NCBI GenBank assembly: GCA_038087875.1
Contig: CM075981.1
Coordinates: forward strand, 34,844,001 to 34,908,000
Length of the DNA stretch: 64,000 nucleotides
Source: Malacoraja senta
Lineage: Eukaryota
Direction: 5' to 3'
The notes under the pieces were generated by a model, which made no database searches, was not told the DNA's origin, and saw nothing but the letters and a program-made list of their open reading frames with translations. The position numbers and the translations under genes were made by a program. Each line of letters starts with the position of its first letter. Position 1 is the first letter of the stretch. This document shows positions 36,101 through 49,118 of this stretch, piece after piece.

Positions 36101-37614
36101 GTTTCCATCAAATAATCCGTTTTTTAGATCTTTTCTCATTTTTGCAATATGGAAATTCTGATATTTTTTAACATTATTTTTCACTTATTTAAATTTACAT
36201 TGTCTACTTTCCTAGTTTACTAAAAGCAACAACCTGAATTTCAACACCATTTAATGTTTGACATTACTCAAATACGTCCTGTTTCTTATGTTGATAGGTA
36301 GAGGTGACACTTCAAAGAAACTTAGATTCCATGTAAATTGATCATAACTATATCATGGAGATATGGAAACAATTGAAAAGACTAAATAGATTCCTGCCAT
36401 TCCATATAGACAGGCTAGAGGATGGTGTGATCTTGAAGAAGTGCAGAATAGATTTACCATAGTAATACTTTGATTTCAAATTTAAATTGAAAGGAGATTT
36501 TACACAAAGATTACATTCCATTGAATTTAAAAGATTCCAGAATGATTATACTCTGCAAGATCTTAAGGGAAACTGATAAGGATAAACTATTTTTGATGGT
36601 TCTAGGGATCTCTGACAAAGGACACTGCTAAGAGTTAGAACCTGGTTTTTCAGATTTACCTTGGGAGAGATTCAGAGTACTGACAAATATGGACTTCTCA
36701 GTACATGTATTTTCACACGTATCAATTACTAAATTTAAATCTTGGACAGATTTTTATGGGGTGGTATTGAGGAACATAAGTTAATGGTGGCTATATGAAG
36801 TTAGTTTGCAGGCGAGCTTAAATAGAAAAGCTCCCTTGAGAGGAAATGCACCCATTTCTGTTTCTCTCCTTCAGAATGAAAAGTTCATAGACCGTACTCA
36901 CACTTTTGGGATATGCAGTAATTGGATTGAAACGTTCTATTCAGGACATTTAACTAGCAGGGCAAAGCTTTTAGTACTCACTTGCAAACAAAATGGTTAA
37001 TATATAGAGGACAATTTGCAGCCCTGTTGAGAGATTTCTGTCCATACTGCAGTATCACAATCATATATGAGGGAATTTGATACAAGTAGCATCAGCTGTT
37101 CCTTTCAAGTTCAGTTTTCATTCCATCAGATTGTCTCTGGCAACAGCAGCTATTTTTGTTTCATTTCAACTTTGGAAGATTTACGGCTTCATTGGACCAA
37201 GGTTATAATTGTTTGGTGGTTTGAAATCATGTTTCTTTCAAGAGCCATCTTAGCAAAAGATTTTAAGCAGTTGTTTTTCGCAAATACAAAAATACAGAAA
37301 ACATGCACAGATCAGACTTTGAAATCAAAGTGACGTGAAGAGATACAACAAGGCATATACCCCTCATTATAATGAACCATGGTGGGGGTGGGGCGAGGAA
37401 ATGGTAGCAGTTATTGGTGATTGTTCGCTATAACCAAAGGGGGTAAATATGTACAGTATTGGAAAAACAACCAATAAACACACCAAACAAGACAATAAAT
37501 AGGAAAGGACACAAATTACATAACACTTTAAACATTGTAAATAAAAGTTTGCATACTGTAAGATTTGCTCCAACCACCTAGTGGTCACTCTGTGAAACAG
37601 CAAACTCAGTCAAT

Positions 37615-39140
37615 GGACAATTGTCAATAGACAATAGGTGCAGGAGTAGGCCATTCAGCCCTTCGAGCCATTCACTGTGATCATTGCTAATCATCCACAA
37701 TCATTACCCCGGTTCCTGCCTTCTGCCCATTTCCCTTCACTCCTCTATCTTTAAGAGATCTATCTAACTCTCTCTTGAAAGCCTCCAGAGAATTGGCCTC
37801 CAATGCCTTCTGAGGCAGAGAATTACACAGATTCACAACTCTCTGTGTGAAAAAGTTTTTCCTCATCTCCGTTCTAATTGGCTTACCCCTGACTCTTAAA
37901 CTGTGGCCCCTGGTTATAGACAATAGGTGCAGGAGTAGGCCATTCGGTCCTTCGAGCCAGCACCGCCCATTCAATGTGATCATGGCTGATCATCCCCAAT
38001 CAGTACCCCGTTCCTGCCTTCTCCCCATATCCCCTGACTCCACTATCTTTAAGAGCCCTATCTAGCTCTCTCTTGAAAGTATCCAGAGAACCAGCCTTCA
38101 CCACCCTCTGAGGCAGAGAATTGCACAGACTCACAACTCTCTGTGTGAAAGTGTTTCCTCATCTCCGTTCTAAATGGCTTACCCCTTATTCTTAAACAGT
38201 GGCTCCTGGTTCTGGACTCCCCCAACATCGGGAACATGTTTCCTGCCTCTAGAGTGTCTAAATCCTTAATAATATTATATGTTTCAATAAGATACCCTCT
38301 CATCCTTCCAAACTCCAGAGTATACAAGCCCAGGCGCTCCATTCTCTCAGCATATGATAGTCCCGCCATCCCGGGAATTAACCTTGTAAACCTACGCTGC
38401 ACTCCCTCAATAGCAATAATGTCCTTCCTCAAATTAGGGGACCAAAACTGCACACAATACTCCAGGTGTAGTCTCACTGCAGAGGACCTCTTTGCTCCTA
38501 TACTCAACTCCTCTTGTTATGAAGGCCAACATGCCATTTGCTTTCTTCACTGCCTGCTGTACCTGCATGCTTACTTTCAGTGACTGATGGACAAGGACCC
38601 CCAGATCTCGCTTTTCCCAACTTGACACCATTCAGATAATAATCTGCCTTCCTGTTTTTGCCACCAAAGTGGATAACCTCACATTTATCCACATTAAACT
38701 ACATCTGCCACGCATCTGCCCACTCACCCAACCTGTCCAATTCACCCTGCATCCTTCTCACAGTTCATCCTGCCACTCAGCTTTGTGTCATCTGCAAATT
38801 TGCTAATGTTACTTTGAATCCCTTCACCTAAATCATTATTGTATATTGTAAATAGCTGCGTTCCCAGCACCGAGCCTTGCGGTACCCCACTAGGCAGTCT
38901 GCCATTCTGAAAGGGACCCGTTTATCCCTACTCTTTGTTTCCAGTCTGCCAACCAATTTTCTATCCATGTCCGTACCCCACCCCCATTACCATGTGCTCT
39001 AATTTTGCCCACTAATCTCCTATGTGGGACCTTATCAAATGCTTTCTGAAAGTTCAGGTACACTACACCCACTGGCTCTCCCATGTCCATTTTCCTAGTT
39101 ACATCCTCAAAGAATTCCAGAAGATTAGTCAAGCATGATT
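37615..39140 (-). mobile_element. CR1 LINE RT fragment plus a second, tandem 3' end
   Basis: FTKGKSCLTNLLEFFE, KAFDKVPH, RLHLEYCVQFW; the 3' tail gacaataggtgcaggagtaggccattc occurs at both ~37630 and ~37918. Confidence 0.88.
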
Positions 39141-40019
39141 TCCCCTTCGTAAATCCATGCTGACTAGGACCGATCCTGCTTCTGCTATCCAAATGTGCCA
39201 AATGTCCTTTGTTCCTGTACGAATGGATGCTTCAGTTACAACAGATTTTGTCCACTGTAATAAAATCTGTTTTAAAGAGGTCTGTAATAACGAGGATTGA
39301 CTGTAGTCTAAAGCCTGTGGTAAGTTACTATTTCAAGATCACAGTTTGAAAAGTAATTTCATTTCATTTCATCGAAATCTTAGATTTCTTCAGATAGTCT
39401 GCTTTATTCCCCCCCCCCCCTGTAAATGTTTTTCTTGCTCATAATTTTTGTTAAAAAAGGCAAAATACATAATAAAAACTGGTAGTAAAAAGTATTAAAT
39501 GCAACAATGATATTGCATGTAGACAAAGGTGCTGGAGAAACTCAGCAGGTGCGGCAGCATCTAAGTAGCGAAGGGAATAGGCAATTTTTCGGGCCGAAAC
39601 CCTTCTTCAGATGATAACTCTTCATGATAACCCTTATCATGATATTGCATGATACATTTTCATAAAATAGAGGCCAACAAATTAGATTTCATCTGTTGTT
39701 GGTGCACTCAAAAAAATTTGTATTTTGTGCTCCAACCACATAAGGTTCCCCTCATAATAGGGAACTGGGAATAGCTCAAGCAAAGCCATGAACCTATGCT
39801 ACATACCAGAACTTCAAACTACAAGGGCATGGAAATCAAATCAATCAAGGTTTCCCAAAAGGGAATTGGATGGCACTTGAGGGAAAACTATTTTTTGGCT
39901 CACAGTGAGTGAAGGGGAAATGAGATTGATTGGATTTAGTCTATGTCATTGATAAAATGGATCAAATGGCTTCATTTGCTGGAGTTATTGAATTATTCTT
40001 TATTTTAGTTTACATTGTA

Positions 40020-40285
40020 GGGTAGAGTTGCTGCCTTACAGCGGCAGAGGCCCGTGTTCGATCTCGACTACGGGTGCTGTCTGTATGGAGTTTGTAGCTT
40101 TTTCCCACATGAGGTTTCTCTGAGATCTTCGGTTTCCTCCCGCACTCCAAGATGTACAGGTTTGTAGGCTAATTGACCTGGTATGTGTAAATTGTCCCCA
40201 GTGTTTGTAGGATAGCGTTAATGTGGGGGGATCGCTGGTCAGTGCAGACTCGGTGGGCCGAAGGGCCTGTTTCTCTAAACTAAAC
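40020..40285 (+). mobile_element. HE1-type SINE
   Basis: B box gttcgatc and family body, ending ctaaactaaac. Confidence 0.82.
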
Positions 40286-40694
40286 ATGTCTTGTATTTCT
40301 TTGAAAAAATCAGCTGTATCAGCTTTTGTAAGGTGAACAGTCCAAGGAATGAACTACTGCACACCAGGGCAATCCAGGCAGCACTGCAATGAGGATGGAA
40401 ACGGTTTCAATTATGTGGGAGGAAAGAGCTGTCTGCAATCGGCACCAATTTAATCCACGTATAACTATCTGGCCAGGAACATTTAGCAAATAAGTGTGTG
40501 ATTCTGCACCTAGAAATTAATCTGCTAGCAAACAAACAAAGACTAATTTAGCCTTGCAATCCATTGAGGATAATGTACTAAGGCACTGCTGCTTGTCTGA
40601 GCCTGGAGGTCACATGTTCAAACCTTATTTCAGAGACTTCAGCACAACGTCAAATTTTAGTGCAACCTCAAGAAAATTTCTGCATTGTCAAAAT

Positions 40695-41782
40695 ATGTGA
40701 CTATTTGAAAAAATATATAAAAGATCATTATAATTGCCCTGCAGATGTATTGGATGATGCAATGCAGATAAAAGCTGAATCAGCAAACTTAATATCATAT
40801 TTGTATAATATTATCTTAAATGTAGAAATACCATCTACGGAGGGTATCAGAAGAGACTGGGAACAAGAGTTAGCTATTAAAATTTCAAAGGAAAGGTGGA
40901 ATGAACACTTATTAAATGTGCATAAATGTTCGATTAATGTAAGACATACTTTAATACAATTTAAAATTTTACATAGATTATATTATTCCAAAACTAAAAT
41001 CCATAAAATTTTCCCAAATGTATCATCCATCTGTGATAAATGTCAATCCCAAGAAGCTACTATAGCGCACTCATTTGTTTTCTGTACAAAACTCAAAAAT
41101 TTTGGATTGAAATCTTCGAAATCTTTACAAAATTATTTAAAATAAAACTGATACCCAAAGCAGAATGGATTATCTTCGGAATAACGGAAGATGGTCCAGA
41201 ACTAAATGTGTTTCAAAAGAAACTAATAGACTATGGGTTAATAACCGGAAAAAAGCTAATCCTAAAATTTTGGAAGAAGGCTCCAATACCAACTATAAAC
41301 ATGTAGATTTCAAATATGTTTGAAACGTTACACCTAGAAGAGATAAGACTCCTCCTGGCAGGTAAACCAGATCACTTCCACCTGACGTGGTGCAAAGGTA
41401 CTTAAAAAAAAAAAACGGAGGTCAGGTAAGGGGGGATGGAAGTTGGAGAGTTGGTATGTCCCATTTGCGTAATGCTCATAAAAACTATTTGTTTTTCTCT
41501 TTTCCCTCTTTCTCTTTTTCCTTCTTTTCTAGGGTCTATTTCTTAACTCTTTTTCATTTGTTTTTAATTTTGCTCTTATAGGATCTTCGTTCTTTCTTGT
41601 TGTCACATTTTCTACTTTCACTTTTTCCTTCACTTTCTTCTTTCTCTCAATCTCATCCTTTCCCTTTTCTAGTGTAAAAAAGAAACGGAGTACATTAATT
41701 GTAAGAAGATATAAGTGACGAGTACTAATGTATGTGGTTGTAATTTAATGTATTTCTAATAAATAAAAAAAATAAAAAAAAT
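40695..41782 (+). mobile_element. 5'-truncated L1 (ORF2 C-terminus, 3'UTR, A-tail)
   Basis: Protein closely similar to 1000-1839 (SYLYNIILN.EIP.T.GIRRDWEQELAIKISKE); frameshift near 41100; A-tail at 41759-41780. Confidence 0.92.
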
Positions 41783-42839
41783 TTAAACAACTCTATTTGT
41801 GCTCTCATGTGACCATAACTCAATGCAAGTTCAATGAACAGGAAGGGACTTGGAGTCCTGATGGATATTAATCACTCTATCAATAATCACAATCAGAATT
41901 AGTCCAGAACATGTCAAAAGTCCTACTTGCTAAACTCTACCAATATTGCCTATTAACTGTTATATGTAAATAACTGTGTATTACTTCTCTTTATCATAGA
42001 ATATTCAGTGCTTTTAAAGCCAAATACTTCAACTCCATTTGGCGCAGTGGGACATCGGGGAGAGAAACCAAACTCAGATATTTTATTTCACTTGGACTGA
42101 ACTGAGAGATTTGCTTTCGCTTCTCATCGTGCATCACAAGTTCTGATCATCTTCTACTTCAGTTCATAGATGGTAGCTAAAGTGATAAAATAATAATAAT
42201 AATAATCATTTTATTTACTGGCGCCTTTCTAAAACCTTACAATGCAAAGAATCACAAAAAACAAACAAACACATAATCGGAATAAATTAAATATAAAAAC
42301 ACCACAGTACACAAATCAAGGACAGAATTCAATTTCAAGAGCACCAAAAGAAAATAAGAAACACAAAAACACAAGAGCACCAAAGAAAAATAAGAAACAC
42401 AAAAACAAGATATGTTCCAATGAAGAGAAAGTTCTAAGCTACCCAATAATGAGCGGAACATTTCATAGTGTAGGTTTGGAATAAGGTAATAAAAAGTTGT
42501 TTCAAACATAGAATGCCAATGATATGTAGTGAATATTATTGCGATATATTTAGTATCCAAAATACATCCTGCTACTTTGTGCTATACAATAAAACATTGG
42601 CTGTATTTTTGTGCTGCTCATTTCTTTCATTTGAAGTGCAAATGTCTCTGCAGGCATCTTATCTCTAAAGACCATTCATAACTAAAATTTTAGAACCCTG
42701 ATTTCAGGATCCCCAATAGGATATAAATGAAAATCCTATGATCTACAAAAAAGTGAATTTCACACCTTTCAAGTTGTTTAATTGATTGATAACCAACCTG
42801 TTCAGTTGATTAACTTTATACCGCCTGTACAACATCCAA

Positions 42840-43310
42840 GATGGATGCAAAAAGCTGGAATAGCTCAGTAGGTCAGGCTGCATCTCTGGAGGAAAGGAAA
42901 AGGTGATATTTCGGGTTGAGATCCTTCTTCAGACTGAGAGTCATGGAGAGGGATACGAGAGATACGAAAAGTTACCGAGAACAAATGAATGAAAGGTACG
43001 CAAAAGGACAAATCAAAGCTAGCAACAATGTTCAAGGAAAGGTGGAGCCACATTGCTCCATCGTTGGCTGTGGAGGTGATGGCGAGTGATACAGTGAAAT
43101 TATGCAGAACAGTGAAACTAGTACAACAACTAGCGTGGGAGATGGACAGACAGATGCAAGGGTTACTAGGAAGTTAGAGAAATCAATATTAATACCGTTG
43201 GGTTGTAAACTGCCCAAGCGAAATATAAGGTGCGGTACCTTCAATTTTCGTTTGGACTCACGCTGACCGTGGAGGCCAGGACAGAAAAGGCTGGTTGGGG
43301 AGGGGGAAGG
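42840..43310 (-). mobile_element. Penelope-like element, 3' end
   Basis: PHLIFRLGSLQPNGINIDFSNF plus terminal repeat. Confidence 0.8.
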
Positions 43311-43658
43311 AGAGTGGGGAGAAATAAATCACATCAATGTTCTGTTGTATGACACTATTTCTGCACACCAGTGTTTTTACGACAGAAAAACGATGAACTA
43401 GTTAGAATATGTATAAATGATAGTGTTCAAACTAAAAATTACTTGAGCTAAAACAAAATATATAATACCAGATGTTGAAGTAATCAGCCTTGTGCTTGAT
43501 TTCCAATATGTTAGGATTCTCTTCAGATTATAACATAATAATAAGGACAATATTATTGCAAGGATAACCAAGATTATGGGTAGTGATATTTGCTCGTTGT
43601 TAGATTGTGTTACGGACCTGTGAGGTTCACTATGCTGGTCCAGTTGCCTTGGAACAAA

Positions 43659-44875
43659 TACGTTACAAATTAAAAATAGTTGATTGATTTCTGGTGGCCT
43701 GTTGTGTATCCCAACAACCAGATGAAACAGAAACAGCTGTTGTTAAGGAGGTTCACCAGGGTACACATCCATTACTGTCAAATAAGATTTCAATCAAGAA
43801 TTTTGTAGTCAGTGCACATTAAGAGTGTGTTTCTTAACCTACAAAAAATAACGATACATTTGATTTGCTCTCGTGCAAAGAACAAAGGATGAGTGATCAA
43901 GCATGTTAATATCAAAAACCCTGGTTGGCAGAGAATGATGTGTGGATGTAGAGGCAGGGGTCTTCCTCCATCTCCCTAGTGAGACAAAGACAAACTGGGG
44001 AACCTTGTATTCTGCTTGGGTAGCTTGCAATTCAATGGCATGAATATTCTCCTACACCCCCTTTCCCTTGCACCCCAAAAAAATGCTTAAGAGGGACAGG
44101 CCCATTAGCATTCAAGTCTGGAAAGGAATAATATTTATAGGCAGATACAAAAATAGTTTGAGGTGTCAACAATATTTCCACACAAGTTTTGTTGGGAAGA
44201 CCGATCTTCAGATACACTATAACACCACATCAAGTGTGTCTGGACAAACAAGACCACATTAGATTGATAATCAAATAAGAGTTAACTATTTGCAGCTGCA
44301 AGACAAAATTGCAGCTTAATCATACCATACTTCATAAAACAAGAAGCTACCAGTCCTTATAAATGTAAAATTCACACAATGATAAAGTCTAAAATATCTG
44401 TAATTCTAGCTTGCTGTCATTTTCTCGACCAATTTGCTGATGCAATTTTCATTTGTTTCAAGGCCCATCATTTTGTCATTCAATGGCTCCTGCCATCAAA
44501 TGCTTCTCAGACTAGTTTCAGTCTCTTCCTAACGTGCTATATTGAAGAGAATGTGTTTCCCCTCATTAAATTTAATTTTGATTGCAATTCTACTGTTTTA
44601 CCTTGCATATTCAAACTTTGATCTGTAGTCAGATTTTGGCAATTTATTTAATGAGCATTGATGGCGTACTGGGTGACCTTACCTGTGGGGTTAGTAAGTT
44701 GTAATGGGCAGACAGCCGAACAAATGCTGAATCATTCCATGTCTATTAGTAGCAGTATCAGTTTACCAGAATAGCTGGCAACTCCTTCAAGCCAGCAGCA
44801 TGCTGTCAATATTTTAAATATAACTGAAAAACCTTGAGATTAAAGAGATAGTGGTTACATGGAAGCTGTATGGCT
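43659..44875. repeat. Direct duplication, copy 1 (1217 bp)
   Basis: ~99% identical to 49119-50336; the ORF track shows duplicated ORFs. Confidence 0.95.
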
Positions 44876-47800
44876 TTTTAAAAAATATTTTTATTTTATT
44901 AGAAGTACAATTGTATACAATCATATTTTCATAATACCTTTTATGTACAGCTTCTTATTTAAAAAAAAAATTGTAATAAAGAAAAGAAAAAAGTTAGATA
45001 ATGAAAAATAGAAAAATGTGAGATATATAGTGTGTGAAAAAGAAAAATAAAGAGTGAAAAAAGAAAGTTGAGACATAGAAAATAGAAGAAAGAGAATAAA
45101 AGAAGAGAAGAGAAGAAAATAAAATAGAAGTAAGGAGATCATTTATAATCTTGACCATCCCCAGTCACGGATTAGCTTTTACACCTGTTTTGCACCATAT
45201 GTTTCCAAAAAGACGACAAATGGAGACCAACTCGTTATGAATTGGTCAAATGTATCTATTAGGAGGAATCGCATTTCCTCAAGATGTGCAGTATCCAACA
45301 TACTTGCAATCCACATTTTGAGCGTTGGTATTGGTGTATTTTTCCAAAATTTCAATATTAATTTTTTTGCTATTATTAAACCATAATTAAAAATTGACTT
45401 TTGAGATGAGCTCAATTTGTTCCCGTCTTCCATTACCCCAAATATAATCAATTCATTATTGGGTTCCATTTTTGTCTTAAATAATTTTGTAAATATTTTG
45501 AAAATATCACTTCAAAATCCATGAAGTTTTATACAAGAAACAAAAGAGTGTGTTATAGTTGCGTCTTGGGTTAAACATATATCGCAAATGGGCGATATAT
45601 TTGGATAACATTTATTTAATCTTGTTTTTGAGTAATATAATCTATGTAAAATTTTAAATTGGATTAGATTATGTCTTGCGTTAATCGAACACTCGTGAAT
45701 GTATGTCAAATACTTTTCCCATGTAGCCTTCGTAATTTTTATCAATAATTCCCGTTCCCACTCTTCTCTAATTACCTCGGTCACAGGTAAATCTATATTT
45801 AAGATACTATTATATAAATATGATATTAATTTTTGTGTATCAGCTTTTATATTCATTACTTCTTCTAGTAAATCAGGAGTTATTTTTTTGATATCCCTGT
45901 ATGTATGTCTTCAAAAAATTACAAATCTGAAAATATTTAAAATAATGAGTGTTTTTTCAGTTTAAATTTTAATTGTAATTGTTGAAATGATAATAAATCT
46001 CCCATTTCATACATGTCCCCGATCCTTTTAATTCCTAAACTTTCCCTTTGATTATATATCTTATCCATCATAGATGATTTAAATAAAGGATTATTCGCTA
46101 TCGGTGTTAACAATGATAGGCTTCTTAATTTTAAGGATAATTTTATTTGTTTCCATATTCTAATTGTATCTTGTATAATTGGGTTTTTCTTATATATTGT
46201 ATTGTTCATTTTTTTCGGGGAGAAGAGGATTGTTCCTATATTACAAGGATAACAATCCTCTTTCTCCATTTTTATCCATTCTGTCTGTTGAGTTGAACTA
46301 TCCAACCAGTAAATTATATTCTTAATATGTATTGCCCAATAGTAATACAAAAAATTTGGGAGTGAAAGTCCCCCGACATCTTTTGGTTTACATAAGTGTT
46401 CTTTTTTAATTCTATGTGATTTATAATCCCAAACAAAATTAGTAATATTAGCGTTCAGTTTAGAAAAAAAATATTTTGATACATATACCGGTATAGATTG
46501 AAATAGGTATAATAACTGTGGTAGGAAGCTCATTTTAATAACATTTATTCTGCCTATTAATGATAAAGGGAGTGTTTTCCAAAATTGTATTATTATATTA
46601 AGTTTATTTATTAAGGGTATAAAATTGGCATTGAATAAAGCTTTATGTTTTCTAGTAATCTGAATACCCAAATATTTGAATTTTTCTGTTGCTATTTTAA
46701 AGGGGAATTTCAATAAGTGTGTAGATTCTTGAGGTTTTAACATCATGATTTCACTTTTGTTCCAGTTTATTCTATATCCAGAAAAGGACCCAAATTCCTC
46801 TATTAAATTTAATAAATTTGGTATGTTCGTTTGTGAATTTGTTATATATAACAAAATATCGTCTGCATACAATGAAATTTTATTATTTGAGTCCCTAGTA
46901 TTATAACCCTGAATATTCGGATGGCTTCTTATACTTTCAGCCAGAGGTTCTATCATAAGGGAAAATAGCAGGGGTGATAAAGCACACCCCTGCCTATTAC
47001 CCCTTGATAATTGAAACTTTTGAGATAACATGCTGTTAGTTAATATTGGTTTATCATATAATAATTTCACCCATGCAATAGAATTCTCTCCCATATTAAA
47101 TTTTTGTAATACTTTGTATAAATACTGCCATTCTACCTGATCAAATGCTTTCTCTGCGTCCAAAGAAATAATTGCTAAGTCTTCTTCCTCCACTTTATGT
47201 GAGTACATTATATTAAACAAGCGTCTCAAATTATTAAATGAATATCTTTTGGGTATAAACCCCGTTTGATCAGGGTTTATCAATTTACTAATATATTTGC
47301 TTAGTCTTCTAGCTAAAGTCTTTGCTAGAATTTTCTGGTCTGTATTTAAAAGTGATATAGCTCTATATGAGCCCGGTTCCTCTAGATCTTTATCTTTCTT
47401 TGGAATAAGCGTAATAGTTGATTCTGCTAATGTTTCAGGTAATTTATTTTCTTTAAAAACGTAAGTATATAAATTAAATAGATAGGGGGTCGTTATCTCA
47501 TGAAACTTTTTATAAAATTCATTACTAAAACCATCTGGTCCCATTGTCTTACAATTTTTCAGCGATTTTATTGTTTCACCTATTTCTTCGATTGTAATTT
47601 GCGCTCCTAGTTCTTCTTGTTCCAAAAGGTCAAGTTTTGGTAGATTACATTTATCTAAAAAGTTTGTAATTTTACTATCTTCTGTTTTGGTTTTTGATGT
47701 GTATAAATTTTGATAAAATTGAGCAAATCTTTTATTGATATCTTTAGGTTGTGTTAGTAATTCACCATTCTCGGATTTAATTTTATTTATAGTATTTTCC

Positions 47801-49118
47801 TTTTCCTGTTTTTTCAGTTGACGCGCAAACAGCTTATGTGGTTTGTCATCAAACTCAAAATGTTCCTGTTTTGTAATTTGGAATAATCTTATTACTCTTG
47901 CCGAGAGAATTCGGTTAAGTTTAAATTTCAGTAGTATTATCTTATTATGTTTATCTATAGTGGGATCTTTAGCATTATCTAACTCTAACTGTCTTATTTC
48001 TTGTTCTAACAGCATCTGTTGTTTTATTCTTCTTATTTTGAAAAATTTCATATGAAATTATAATTCCTCTAATAAATGCTTTAAATGTTTCCCATATTAA
48101 AAAGGGTGAGGTACCTGGTGTATCATTTATCTCAAAAAATGATATCATTTGTTGTTTCAAATATTGATAACCCTGTAAGTCATTTAATATATATGTATTA
48201 AACCTCCAAAAAAAATTCTTTCCCGGCATTCCTTCAAATTTTACTAAAAAAGTCAATGGAGAGTGATCAGAAATACTACTAATATGGTAAGTTGGGTTAA
48301 TTATATATGGCATTAATTTCCTATCCACTAAAAAATAATCAATTCTTGAGTATGTTTTATGTACCGAAGAGTAAAATGAGTATTCCCTTCCTGCTGGGTT
48401 AGCAGATCTCCATACATCTGTTATGTTAGTATTTTTTATATTTGTATTTAGAAATTCACTAGTCTTAGATTTTATATTACTCCTTCTTTGTATTGCTGAT
48501 TTGTCTAAGTATGGATCTAAAACACAGTTGAAATCCCCTCCTATTATGACATTTTGATAATTAAACTCCAGTATTATATCTATAATTTTCTCAAAGAATT
48601 GAGGGTTATCAAAATTCGGAGCGTAAATATTTACCAGTTATTGGGGTAGCATAAATTTCTCCCGAAACTATGATATACCTTCCCTCTTTATCTGATATAG
48701 TATTCTTTAATTTGAACAGTATACCTTTTCGAATAAGAATAGCCGTACCTCTAGATTTAGAAGTAAATGACGAATAATATGTTTGGCATATCCACTTCGC
48801 CTTTAATCTCATTTGTGTTTCCTGTTTCATGTGAGTTTCTTGCAAGTAAATTATGTCGCTTTTCAAAGATTTTAGGTGAGCAAAAATTTTACCCCTCTTT
48901 ATTGGTTCATTGGCACCCCTTATATTCCAACTACAGAATGTGATTCCTCCATTCTTTATTTGCCTATCGTCTTGCATTGTATATCAAAGTAATATTCTTG
49001 AAACATATGGTGCAAAAAATACCTCCGTGTTCTGGACGTTGGGTGGTCATTCCAAATTTCTAAGTTTACATTACATCTCCTCCAAAAGTGCCTTAGATAA
49101 AGCAAGAAAAGTTGTGAT
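44876..49118 (-). mobile_element. L1 LINE with whole ORF2 (EN, RT, Cys domain) but disrupted; ORF1 missing
   Basis: ATG at 48977; SWNIRG, LQETH, GPDGF, YRAISLLNTDQK, DAEKAFD, RQGCALSP, LYADD; at least 3 frameshifts and one TGG>TGA; A-rich tail at 44876-44900. Confidence 0.95.

Noticed and set aside
45937-48051. 704-aa RT ORF as an active or domesticated gene
   Set aside because: It is a fragment of an L1 ORF2 cut off from its EN and C-terminal parts by frameshifts, and ORF1 is absent.
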